A DNA stretch of 56,921 nucleotides, filler included, from Sphacelaria rigidula (taxonomy: Eukaryota), in assembly GCA_964200075.2 (NCBI GenBank). It is 7 parts of 7 records of this genome, joined end to end, with 100 filler letters (N's around TTAATTAATTAA, not from the genome) between each part and the next. Parts side by side here need not be neighbours in the genome. Positions count along the whole stretch, not along the records: positions 1 to 8,047 come from CAXNAA020012513.1; positions 8,148 to 16,193 come from CAXNAA020012514.1; 5 more parts are not named here. One strand, 5' to 3'. The translations under genes were made by a program, and so were the position numbers. Of the stretch, positions 1 through 12,316 are shown piece after piece (the stretch's first letter is position 1; every line of letters starts with the position of its first letter). A model generated the notes under the pieces. The model had not been told where the DNA came from and did no database searches. It saw only the letters and a list, made by a program, of their open reading frames with translations.

Positions 1-291
1 TTGCTGGAGGTTTTTTGTGGTCTTCTTTGCTATCTTGTCTTTTGGTCGTTTTTAAGGCGGCCCCCCCCCCCCCCCCCCCCCCAAGTGACCCTTCATTTCA
101 TCAACACGTTTTCGTGACAGAGGGCCGGCCGGCCGGTTCCCTAAACAGTAATAACAGAAGGAGGAGGGTAATCTATCACACCACAGGCCGATCGAATATA
201 TGGGCAGCACAATCCACCTCGTATGGGCCCGACACCAACTCGCCAAAACTGTGTCTTATTCGAAGCATAGATTGTTTTATGTTTACAGTCC

Positions 292-851
292 TGTGACGGT
301 TTAAGAGACAACCAACTACTCTACTGACCAGTCAGTGCTGACGGGTCAGTAGTCTAGTTGCTGACTGGTCAGTAGTCTAGTCGGCAGTTTCTTAGACCGT
401 CACAAAAGTTGGTCGCTGGTTCGATTCCCGCCGGACGCACTTTCTTTGAAGAAAGAAGAGGAGAGGAAACCTCTGTAAAAAATTGGCCTCAAGGAGAGAA
501 AACCTCTGTAGAAAATTGGCCCGAAGAAAAAGGGCGGCGGGATATAGCCTGGTGGCTATGTTTGGAATGAAATGCTAAGGGTCCCAGTGCACACACTCTG
601 GAATGAGAGGGGGCGACGAGTAACTCAAGGGTACAGTGAGAGTGACAACAGTAGAGGTTCTGATTGCAGCCGATAGAAGAGCGCTGGCAAGGGGAGTCGC
701 CCTCCTCGGAGAGAAAGCGACGGTGGTCGAACCCCCACGACTAACTTTTTTGACGGTTTAAGAGACAACCAACTAGACTAATAACAAGTCAGCGCTGACT
801 GGTCACGCTGACTGGTCATTAGTCTAGTTGGTTGTCTCTTAAACCGTCACA
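292..851. mobile_element. Non-autonomous TGT...ACA element with ~140-bp inverted ends, each end itself a ~105-bp palindrome; 4-bp TSD GTCC (Ginger-like)
   Basis: Starts TGTGACGGTTTAAGAGACAACCAACTA at 292 and ends TAGTTGGTTGTCTCTTAAACCGTCACA at 851. GTCC flanks both sides (288-291, 852-855). No coding capacity. Confidence 0.7.
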
Positions 852-2763
852 GTCCGTAACATGATCATCGTTTATACCCGTGGTAATACCGCTGCTTGCA
901 AAACATTCGTCACACCAGTGTCCACTACGACGAACGACCCGCTCCGCCATTGGCCCGACCCCTCCACGAGTACCGAAGGCTTACATCGATCGAGCCTGAA
1001 ACATACCTCTACTCTTCGTTATCGCCACTTTCAGCGGGCGGGGTCGATAGTTGTTGCCTGGTTCTTAAGTCATTTGACGAAGAGGTTTTCAGGGAGCGGC
1101 GCAAAAAACATCACTTTTTCGGTTACCGCCTTCCACTGCAGTACAGTAGCAGTAGGAAGTACCCAAGACTTCCTCGTAGTTTGCCCTGCAAGTTTCATCG
1201 TTGTCTATCCGGCTTGACCGCATGACTCACCACTCTTGTACTAGACAGTCAGTGCTGACGGAATAACTCAGCCCTTGTCATGAGCCCGAATCACTATAAT
1301 CATTGATTGTTATCGACCTGCATCGAAACCATCGGCTGTCTGTCTGTGTGGTGTCTGAGCAAACAAACTGATGGTCCTGTTTGTGCAACAACGAACAGGA
1401 GGATAAGAAAGTACGTCAAAAGGTGTCATCCTCTCTTGTTCTAAGAGCTTCGCCGTGCCGCCAATCCTGCTTGCCTGTTTCACCATACATACCTCTCGGG
1501 TAGTCAAGAGCGCGACGCGTGTCATATTTGGCTGCTTTTTACCCTGATGAGGAATACATGATGTGAGCCTAGTCTCTTTGCGTCGAATACCATGTCTCTT
1601 GGAACATATACTCTCGTGTACTTGATCTTCAGGATATTTCCAGCCGCTGCAGCAGGCGCTGTTGGGTGTTAGAATGTCAAATAAGTGTCATGCTGTTCAC
1701 TTGATTCTAGCCTCGAGGTGGAAAATGCAGGTCAAAAGATCCGAATCCGCACGCGTCGTGTGCTGTTGTCGAGGACGCGCTACACTTTCCCCGCGGACGG
1801 ATCCGAGCGCTATAGGGCACCTTGAGGTCAGTCATCGTAAGAACACTGCGCAGGCAAAATGAGCTTCGAGAGTGTTGTGTACGTAGTTTGCGGAGGTTTT
1901 TCGATACGGAATTTCCACCGTAAATGCCTTATTTACTGAACCACAGTCTCGCACGAATTCATTTTCCTAAGTGAGTCGAGTCTGTCTGCATCTCTTCCCC
2001 GGATCTTCATTTCTGGGACTATGTCAACCCTCACGCTTTTTTTCGGGTTGAGATTCCCATGTGCGCAACGCTGCCCCAATTCCGTTACTTTCGTGCTTCC
2101 TTCCCCCCCCCCCCCCCCCCCCTACTCAAGCCCCCGTTTTGCAATATGGATCCCTCCGCGGGTGTACACCCAAGTATAGTACTTGATATGCACATGTTAC
2201 GGACAACGGGCTCCACATCCATCCGTCTGACTCTCGGAAAAACTGGAGAGACTAGGACGTGCATAGAGACATGCATATCCTTGTGCTTGCATGTACTGCA
2301 GATGTGTATACGGCTGCATGTGTACCACCGCCACAACCCTGTATTTGTCTACCATGTCATCCTACAGCGAGCAAGCGTTCGCAGCCCCTTTTCTTTGCTT
2401 TCGACGATGAAATGAGTCCCTAGCGATAGGTATGCGTACACAGGTATGATAACAGGTTTGCAGCTGTCTGTACGTACACGCGTACCGATACGCTGCGTGC
2501 AGTCAGTCAATTTTCTGCTAGCTTGTGAGGTTGAGTACAAGCTGTTTGCATTTGATCGATCTACGAAACAAGCGCCGTTACTCACCAGTTCGTCGTGTAG
2601 CAGCAGCAGTAGCAGCAGCAGCAGCGAGGAGAGGTGGTGCTGCTGTTACTGTGCAACACTCACTGTATCAACAGAAATTGAAAAAAATAATGAGGTTCAC
2701 CCCCGAAAGAGCACTCCCATGATCATAACTACAGTAATCCAAGTCAAACCAATAGAAGAGGTA

Positions 2764-2838
2764 TATCAAACTCGAGATTCCTGGTATATTTGACAGTAAC
2801 TCACTGATGAATACACCAGGAACCTCGAGTTTGAGATA
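2764..2838. repeat. Short imperfect inverted repeat (hairpin, MITE relic)
   Basis: TATCAAACTCGAGATTCCTGGTATATT pairs with AATACACCAGGAACCTCGAGTTTGAGATA. Confidence 0.7.
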
Positions 2839-3443
2839 CCTCTAATGAGTTGCTTGCCAACGTATCGCGTCTCGATCGCGAGGATGCTTTTTTTCTCAGC
2901 GGTGCTAGCTGACAAGTCGGTGCGCCCGTAGGTGGCACTGAGCGAAAATAAAAATATATTTCGCTGCTGAATTAATTATTTTGAAACCGAGGCGAAAAGG
3001 GAAAGGACTCTTACATGCTCAGCGCTCTGGACATACCGAGTAGATGTTGAAAACGTCGTGAGAGGCATCCACGCGACCGAGGGACATTGAGTCGACAAAA
3101 AACTGACGGGTCACAATCAATCAGCTTCATCAGGTTGCTGTAAGGGAAGCGCTGTTTCAAGGTCGAACTTAATTTTTGAGTTGAATTCATTTTTTGAAAA
3201 AACTCCATGGATGGTACCTTGGCTAACTTCGAGGGACACGCTTGCGCTTCGATGAAGCCTTGCACGTCCCCAGTTTCGAAGCCTAAGCCTACCATCAATA
3301 CTGCTCTCGTACGACGACGACGTAACTACTACTACTTACGATAACGATAAGTACAGTTTTGTTTTGCTCGCATTCGACCGATTTGCAATGCGCCGTAATT
3401 CACTATTAATTTATTTTGCAGCTGCTCGGGAGCAGCAGTAGCG

Positions 3444-3492
<49 letters not shown>
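3444..3492. repeat. (GTA)n microsatellite
   Basis: About 16 tandem GTA units; explains the poly-Thr and poly-Leu ORFs here. Confidence 0.95.
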
Positions 3493-3549
3493 CACCACCA
3501 CCATCACCACCATCCAGGTGGTGGATGCTGATACTGCACTGTACTGCTC

Positions 3550-4007
3550 CGTAAACAGCCAATAATCGAAATTGAGGATGGAGCTTTCCATTGAGGATGA
3601 GGACCCGGAGGATCAAAATCTTGCTTTCCACACGAAATCGTCGGAATATGGTTCCATTCTTTCACCTATTGGTAGCTTTTGACCAGTACTGCACGTCATA
3701 CAAATTGTGATTTGGATAGCCGAAATATTAGGGTTCTAGATGACAAATGATTTTGGGGGGATTTCGGCGATCCGATCGGATCACATGAATTCCCCCAAAA
3801 TGTTTTCTCCTCTAGGACCCCCAACATTTCGGTTATCGAAATCCAAATTTGTATGGCGTGTAGTTGTTGTCAATATCCATCAGCGAGACTTGAAGAAATG
3901 GAACCATATTTCGAAGGTTTAGTGTGGATACAAAGATTTTGATCCTCTGGGTTCTCATCCTCGATGAAAAGCTCCATTCTCAATTTGGATTATCGGCTGT
4001 TCGTACG
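3550..4007. mobile_element. ~460-bp fold-back (whole-element palindrome) MITE-like element
   Basis: Left arm AACAGCCAATAATCGAAATTGAGGATGGAGCTTT pairs imperfectly with right arm AAAGCTCCATTCTCAATTTGGATTATCGGCTGTT. Pairing continues to the centre palindrome GATCCGATCGGATC (3769-3782). Confidence 0.8.
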
Positions 4008-6689
4008 TGATCGACTTCGAGGGGCGCGCTTGCGCTGCGCGCTCGATCGTTTTCACTTGTCCCGTTTCAACAACCAAGGAGGGTCCCGTGTGTGTCACAC
4101 ACATGCTCTTATGTACTATTACTCACTTTGTTATCTCATATTATCACCTGACGACGGAAATAGCATTCGAACTAACGAAGCTACTGTACCGCAGCTCGTC
4201 TCCGAGGCGACCAGATAGGGCACCGGATCAGCCCGTGGCTGGATGGGGCGACAACACCTCCTCTACTTGAAGCAGGTTAAAAACTTCGTTTTATCCCATC
4301 ACATTTCCCCCGTACACCCTCCCTGTTTTTTTGTGCGTTGCATTCTCTTCTTGCATTCGTTCTCCCGGGCGCAACGCATCGGAACCATTATTTTATTTTA
4401 TTCGCGAACTACACCTTGGGGTCCTTGTTCGCTTGCCGACGATTGAGTTGAGGTGGGTTTACGGGAACGAACCCGCCGCGAAATATCCATGGTTGAAAAC
4501 GTACTCTGTTTTGTCAAATGGTAAGGCTAACCCGAACCCCAATCCCAATCCAAGGCATAGAGCTCGAGAAACCTCGGGAAAGGGGGGCCCGGAGGATGAC
4601 TCAGGCAGGATACCTGAGGCAGGATGCGTCAGGCAGGCAAAACGTGCGTTTACTAAAGCTCGACCGGGTCGATTTGAGCAAAAACGCATGCTGCCCACGC
4701 TGGGCGAGCACTGAGACGGACTGTCAATTGAAAAGATTTTTTATGTCAGTCAGGGACCAAATTCAAACCACTACCTTTTTGTTGCAGCCATGGGCTTTCG
4801 GAGATGAATTCGCGTAAACCCTAGCCACCCACTGATAGAGCTACCACTGATGCTCTTTCCTCTAAGCGTGACGACTGATGTTGGCCGCTCGTGTTTAGTT
4901 GTTGTCGGGCTGGTGTGCCGAACTTTTTGTCCTCAGCGACGGAAAGGCGGCGGGTTCGGATGTCGTACGTTTGTCGAGGCGTAGTTCATGGTTGGTGGTG
5001 ATGTATGGCAATGGTTGGGTGGGGGGGAAAGTATGCATACTCAAACCCTCGTCAATGTTCCCCACCATCTATATCGCTCGCCTGTTCTGAGGATGTGGAG
5101 ATTGTCGGAGGAATTGAGTTACGACAGACAGCTTGCATTCACGTCTGCATAAACATGTACCGCTCACGCGTGTCCATGTCTCATACGTGCGTGCTCGTTG
5201 AGCCAATAGATAACGACTTTACCCGCGACAAGATTCAGAGGGAAGCTGTAGACTTGCAACCCAACTAGAGAAGAAGAGAGTTCGAAAGGCTGTACTTTCG
5301 AGCATGCCATGACTCGACGGCCAGGAGATATCAACCATTTCGTGAATTTGCGGTGCTTGGTTCCATGATGAGAAATAGGAAATGTCGTTATGGCGGAATG
5401 TACGCCATATGGCGGAAGATGCGCACGGCACCAACACCTGACAGACTACGTCGACTGAAGAAAATATACATTTCTGACATCCGGACCCCAGTTGGTCGCT
5501 ATATATTCGGACAATAACTGGCTGTGTAAGGTTCGGAACAGTTGTTTTTGGTGGTAAAGAGATCATGTGCATAGAAGATGCCGTTGCCACGCACATCCCT
5601 CTCGTCATAGTTATTCGTGGACAAGGCGCGGCCAGCAGTAGTATGCCGTATCAGTACTTTTATATAGCAACAGAGCAGCTGCAATGGCGCCAGCTGTACA
5701 ACATATGGCTATATGCATAAACACGAGATGCACCAGCCACTGCAGGGTGATGTGTGTGTGACTACACCAAGAAATTGCACTCTCCTCCTCGACCATATTA
5801 AGCTGCTGCAAACTTGTTGTAGCTCACTACTTTCCCTGCTGCAACACCGCTGTTGTCAAGGGTCATGTGTTTACTTTCAGCATCCATCTTCTATCTAAGC
5901 CAACGAGAGCCACGCTCCAAATCTCGGCAGACTGTCAGCGGACATAATCTCGGAACAGAAATCATGAAGATGAGGATTCACTGGATTCAAAGTGGGATTC
6001 GCCGAAGGGTGTACTCATGATCATGCATGCCATAGTCAGATTCACCGAAGGGGGGGGTGAAGGGGGAGGGGGGGGGAGGGGAAGTACATACAGTATTTAC
6101 AGAAGCGGTATATGTTTTTCACCGGCCACAACAATCGTCGCGGTTAGGACTTCAGCTTTTTAGGGAAAGCAGCATCCACTTGAACTACTGCCAAATAAGT
6201 GATGACTAAAAACCTTCGAGCGCCCACCTATATATATCCCTTTCGAGTATATATGATTGATATAATAGTCATCTGATTTCCACAGCCACTCCTTTCATGA
6301 CGCTGATTCAACAAGGTTGAACGTGCTCACAACTGCAGTATAGCTAATCATTCAAGGGGCCACTAATAGAGTATATTACTATTCCCTTGATTGGGAATAT
6401 TTCGCATACTATCGCCTCCTCTGACAACCGGTGTATCAACAAATAAACAACGTAAAATAATGTAATAACGAGAGAGCCTCCTGGTGGTGGTGCCCATCTA
6501 TCTATCTGTGGAAGTCTCAAGTCTCCATGTTCACTCTATTCACGCACGTACGTACGTGTGTTTGCACAGCAAGTTGGAAATAAGTGGTGGGGAGAAGTGA
6601 GAGACGTTCGCCCGCCTTTGAATGCGCTAAACGAGTACCTTACTGTGTGTGGATAGAAACAGCAAGCTTACGGTGCAGCAGTCACTCAA

Positions 6690-6940
6690 GACACTTTCTA
6701 CGATAGCCCCCCCCAAAAAAACCAGCCCAAAAGTGTCTCAAAAAAATGGTCATACAGCGCCTGATGTTTGCATTCAGGCTGCAGGAAGCGTTTCATGTGG
6801 GCTAGAATGGCGAGAACGAACCCCAGCGTTGGAATTCCCAGCTGCTCGTTGTGCTCGACTTTTTCCAATTCGATTCACGTAAAAATTTCGCCTCCCCAAA
6901 CCAGGCACTTTTGGGGGGGGAGGCTACCGTAGAAAGTGTC
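6690..6940 (+). mobile_element. ~250-bp MITE, TIR GACACTTTCTACGATAGCCCCC, 4-bp TSD TCAA
   Basis: TIRs at both ends and TCAA on both flanks. Homologous copies at 34070-34317 and 56861-56921, and a diverged copy at ~7440-7600. Confidence 0.85.
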
Positions 6941-7439
6941 TCAACAACGAACGCCCTCACGTATCACCACCAACCTGTCATTTTTCTCGGCTCTTTTTTA
7001 CTCGTCGAATTACCAAAGCTGAGTGATTGGGTGAAGAGCGAAGATGTTTCAATGTTCGGTAGATGTTACTTTTGGTTTGTTTCGATGGATGAGTGACACG
7101 CTTGCTCCGATTTTCGTGTGGTGCTTGGCGGTGTGCCATCTAGGACCTCATTACTATCGACATTGCTTTTTAGGAAATCTCGGAATGTTTCGGACTTTTT
7201 GGATTCTGCGTTTGGACTTCTCCGAAAACGAAGCGGCTTGATGATTCCTCCGGAGCTTCACGTTCAGAGCAGTCCGAAATTCGGACTGCAACGCAACGCA
7301 GGACTTCGAGGAGCCACCCTGTGTGAACGCCGTGACGCTCGCAAGCGTTCGAGAGTAAGAAGGTACCTCACTTACCAGTCCTCAAATTCGGGGATCTCCG
7401 AAAGAACATTGTCGATAATAATAATGAGCCTCCTTGATG

Positions 7440-7600
7440 TCGCGATACCCCTCCCCTGAACCAGTCCCAAACCTGTCACGAAGAAAATAGTCATACAGCA
7501 TATGATAACTGGTTTCAGACTGCATGAATTGCCTCATATGGGCGGCATTGGCGAACACGATCCCAAGCGTGGGAGTTCCCAGCTGCTCGGTATGCTCGGC
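7440..7600 (+). mobile_element. Diverged partial copy of the GACACTTTCTACG MITE
   Basis: Shares the internal motifs GTCATACAGC and TTCCCAGCTGCTCG with 6690-6940. Confidence 0.55.
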
Positions 7601-8047
7601 GCGTTCGTCATTTTGGTCTACATGTAGATCTTGCCTCCTCAAAGTAGTCACTTCTCCGGGGGGGGGGTACTTGTATGGTGTCATCAATCGCCTATAACTT
7701 GAGCTCAGAACCACACGGCAACGATCACTTCCTGGAACGCGAACCCCACGAACCCCCGCACACGGTGCCACCATAAAATAAATGTCCAAGCGTTCGAATT
7801 ATACATACACACATGACAGGCATGCTTACGTGCATACATGATACACCCAGGGGATACGTCCCGCGAGGAAAATATTGTGCACAAACAACTGCAACATTTC
7901 CGTGGAGTTACAACTGCCTGCTCCTCCATGCAAGCATTGTAGGAGCACACGACAAGAATCATACATTTATTCATGGACAATATACAAAAAAGGGTATACC
8001 ATGGTGCTTTTGGAGCACAAAAGGGTAGCGCATTTCTCGCTTTGGGG

Positions 8048-8147
8048 NNNNNNNNNNNNNNNNNNNNNNNNNNNNNNNNNNNNNNNNNNNNTTAATTAAT
8101 TAANNNNNNNNNNNNNNNNNNNNNNNNNNNNNNNNNNNNNNNNNNNN
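8048..8147. other. Artificial contig-join spacer (N44-TTAATTAATTAA-N44)
   Basis: Identical 100-bp spacers with a six-frame stop recur at 16194-16293, 24340-24439, 32486-32585, 40632-40731 and 48777-48876. Confidence 0.98.
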
Positions 8148-11100
8148 TGGTTTTTTTCTTTTTTTTTCCCTGGTTGAGGGCGTTTTAGTATGGAAGCCGC
8201 CCTTGTTTTACGAGAACGCCCGAACCTCTCCCCCCCCCCCCCCGAAAAAAAACTAGGGGCCCATTTTTGTTTTATTCAGCATACCTCCATCGTTCTTTAT
8301 CCTGAGTTTCAAATTACAATTCTAAAAGTTGAGCTAAAAAATTGAGATGAGGACTAAAAGCAGTGTTCATTTCTCCTCAAAACTGCCCCCCGAAACCCGA
8401 AAAAAGTGGAACAAAAACGAAAAAATTGAAACTGTGTTTACATGCTTTCTTATGCGCTAGCGGTTCTCCATACGAAATTTTATACCATAACTCTCGAAAA
8501 CTGAGACGGGATATCCAGGTTTAGCTAATCTAGCGCATCTGCTCGTAATATACTGATTTGAGTATGGACACTTATGTGCGCCATATCTCGAGATAGATTA
8601 CGAATTAGGTGAAGGTGAGGGTATCTGTCGTCTCCCCGTACTCCAGGAAATGTCCACACCAAAATTTGTCGTCCTCCGGTGAATGCATCGATCGGGGGTT
8701 TCACAGAGATTTTAGTGAGGACGCTATCTCCCTCAAGTATAGGAATCACTAGACATGGGGTTGTATTAACGAGAATATATGGGCCCAAAATTTTGAGCAA
8801 ATGGGCACCTTCACCTTGGTTAGACGATTAATACAATATGCGGATCATGGCCCAGCTCGTCCGTGTCGACGAGATATTGCTTTGAGAGCTTGAATCCGCG
8901 TCTAGGCTGGCCCAGCTCGTATGTAGCTATATATGCTCAGTTGAGGCTGTTCGGCCAGCGTCCGACAAAAACCTCCGGGAAGAGTCATCGACGCGTACAT
9001 TGCCGGCGTTGATAAAGCACGGGTGGCCCCCGTAAGCTTGCCCAACGATCAACCGAGTGACATGTCCGACGTGTGGAGGGTTTCCACTACTTGGGGAAAG
9101 TTTGATTGTTCTCGCAAAAAATTGTCAACGCACCGCCTCCCGAGCATGGCATCCAGTGGCAAGTGCTACAGTCAGTGCAAGGGAATTCTCACGCAACGAG
9201 AAGTGGATCTGCAGACAATAATCGCTACGAGTCGGCTGTTTTCAGTTGCTCGCGCAAGGGGATCGAAACGTCAGGCGATCATGCCATAATCAACCGACGT
9301 CAACCTGGGAACTCCAGCGGCTCGCGCCGTAGGGGGAACATAGGAGCGGGGCTGGTCGTGGGGAATGTCGTCGTCACAACAAGAGTGGGGGTGAGACCGG
9401 CGGTGACGGTTCGAGATAGACAAGGCCGGTGGACGCAGATGGCGGAGGCAGAATAAGACCCCGGCGCTGTTTCGTGTGCAAGGGAAACGACGTGTTTCGC
9501 GCGGGATTGCTCAAATAAACGCTGCAGGTGGTGTGGGGAAAGGGAGAACAATACGTACAAGTATTCGAGGAATCCAGAGGAGAACGTAGAAACGGCAATT
9601 GGGGGCAGGCGGGGTCGGGGGGGTGGTAGATGAAGAGACTGTCTTCTGTAAGCTCAATTCTCGATCCGGAAAAACTCTGCATTATCGATCTATGTGCAGA
9701 CGAGCATAACCTGGGGATGGTACAACGAAAAGAAGACGAGTTGCGGTCATTGGATTTTAGGGCTACATGGCCTGATGATTGACAGCCAGTAGTGCACGGG
9801 TAGAATACCGGGTCTCCCTGGTGCTGGCGATGGTGTTCGGTACATAAAAGAGCCAGCAATCCACGACTGGCTCTCCGGTGTGAGGAAATAGCGGTCGTAG
9901 TGACCTCAAAAAACGTCGAATGCGTGACTGATATCCGTCATCATCTATTGTCGGGTTGCAGAAACAGGCAACAAGCATGTCAGTAACAATAAATGGCGCT
10001 GAGAAATACTCGACTTCATCCGGCGACGCCATATTCGGGACATTCCACAAACACACTAGCGGAGCAATTTGCGTACGGAGTAGGTCCGACCACTATCCAC
10101 GACCGGGCCCGCACATATGCTGTGATCTCTATCGGGACGTCACGCATCCCCAAACCAACGGACACGGATGGCTGTTACTGTTGCCATGTCTACGTACATG
10201 TGGAACTGCCCTGAAAGGCAGCGAAACAGGTCGTTAGGAAGCTGAGGCAGCTGGAGCGATGTAGGGAATACTCGGAGGCGAATGGACTCCGGCGATCCAT
10301 TGTTGGGATGAAAAAAAACACGAGTACAAGCGGTTCTCGCGCCGGAACCGACGGCGAAGTCAGGTTACGATGATGGGGAGCTGAAGCGCGAGGAGCCGAT
10401 GCAGCTGTTCTGCGAAATGCTCGCTGTATACGAGGGTATTTTCTGCGAGTCAAACAAACTATCCCATGCGGAAAACGGGGTTAACAGCAAGGGCACCGTA
10501 GACCTCCGCCGAGAACGACGGGTGTCCCTTGACACACACGAAATTCCTGTGGGCAGCCGGGGGCGATGCGTCAGATAGTGAGCCCGAGGACTCTGGTAAA
10601 ACGCAATGAGGCGGGGAATTGTACCCAAAATCTCTCTCGGGTAGAGTGACACTGCGTTGTCTGGAACGGTGAGAGTTGGCGTGGTATGTCTACTTTCGTC
10701 TTTCTAGCACCCGTCTCCTCCTCGACGACGAGATGTATCTGAGACCTCTTCTGTCGTTTCGCTCGCACCATTACACGATCACCATGTCTGACTTCGGCCA
10801 CGATTCTTCGACAGAAGGGATTCGCTTCCTATCGTGCCGGTTCTCGAATAAATTTCTCTGGGCGGTTGTTCTGTATGTCATCCTCTGCGCGGACCCGGAT
10901 CTGCTCCCAACAAGGAAGTAGCTGGCTCGGTTCAGAATTTCGTTTTGAAGGAAACTGATAAAAGAAACGACCTCAGATGGTCGCAATTTGGGGCATTTTA
11001 CGTTGCCGCGGAGGTGTACCCCCAAAATATGAGTTTAGTGCTCCGGTGTATCTGAATGTGACCACTTCTCATATATCATCACTGTTGTTATATATAATCA

Positions 11101-11947
11101 GAAGGCGGCATACCTGGCGCAAATTATCATTATTTCAAAGGCTTTTGGCTGTCATTACACGAGTTTCGTGTCAAAATAATCATTCGAATGTCGTGCTAAA
11201 TCATTCGCCAAATACTTGAAAATATGATCTGGATCTTGCATGATACGTCCAGGGAGAGGCATGTGTCATATTTCACCATACGAAGCTGGCATGATTGTAC
11301 CTATTATATTTCACTTTTCATTTGTCGCACTTTGAACCTCTCCCCTCCTCGGGACGAGTCCATGGTCTCAGGAACCCATGTCTCTCCAACTTTATCCTGC
11401 GGTGGACAATTGTGCAAGTGATGTGTTAGATATCGGGTCATGGTGAGTGAAGCGGTGACCTGCCCTGTACCTCGCATTGTGCTTTGAAACCGTACGTATA
11501 CCTAAGCGTCATGTCCCCACGTATATGCAGATTATCGTATTTTAAGCTGTTAATGCAGTGCAGATTATTCGACGTTGGCAAGGGAATCAGTTGCTGGATC
11601 GGATCCCGACCTACGTATGTCGAAATACTCGAGATCTTTGCCGGAACGCTATCCATGAGGCATGACCTGACAAAACATATCTGGTGGGGGTTGAGTTCGA
11701 TTGTTTCCACCTTCCCGCCCCCGCTTCCAACACTCTAACCGCTTCTCAAGATTCAACAGTTAAAGTATCACTACGTCTGGTAGGTAATGATAGATATGTT
11801 AAAAGCGCTTCGAGTCCCCTCTCCTTGGTCTGTGTCCTCCCGGTGCATCGGGTATCTACATATCAGACACACTGCAAGTTGTGTGGCCGCTCGTGGATAT
11901 ACCGTACCGTTTGTTTCGACGAGCCTGAACGAAAGTATGGTACTACG

Positions 11948-12316
11948 GCCGGTCGCTCCGGTGGCTCAGTTGGTACCCTCAAAAATTTCTGACGGCTGGG
12001 TCGTGGGTTCGGATCTCGGTGCAGTCACACGATCTGGGATTTCTTTTCACACCATGCTCAACAGTGGAGAGCGACGATGTCGTGGGTACAAAAACATTAC
12101 TCTACGATTGACGAGGGAAAGGTACAGCTGAACCCCTCTCGCAATACAAAAAAGGCAAGCACCGCGGGAGAAAGGTGGAATACTAGAACAAGAAAAAAGA
12201 AAAACATTCTGCGTTGGCCTCCCTCCTGTGTGACCCCGGCTGATGCGCCTCTATATATACCGGAAGGTGTAGGCTGGCGTCCAGAATAAATGAGATGATA
12301 ATACAACACACACAGC
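11948..12316 (+). mobile_element. tRNA-derived SINE-like element
   Basis: Pol III A box TGGCTCAGTTGG (11962-11973) and B-box-like GGTTCGGATCTC (12006-12017), with an AC-rich tail near 12300. The same 5' head recurs at 48713-48776. The 3' boundary is approximate. Confidence 0.65.

Noticed and set aside
3332..3631. Poly-Thr and poly-Leu ORFs (also the poly-Ser ORF at 2446-2793)
   Set aside because: They are by-products of the (GTA)n and (CAG)n microsatellites.
8092..8103. Regularly spaced TTAATTAATTAA motif about every 8146 bp
   Set aside because: It is an artificial six-frame-stop linker inside N spacers. ORFs containing X are artefacts.
8500..11300. Short ORFs as viral or novel genes
   Set aside because: No recognisable motifs, splice-bounded frames or consistent coding strand. 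They cannot be supported without a database search.
11955..12025. Functional tRNA gene
   Set aside because: A and B boxes are present, but there is no convincing acceptor or anticodon stem. It is better explained as a SINE head.
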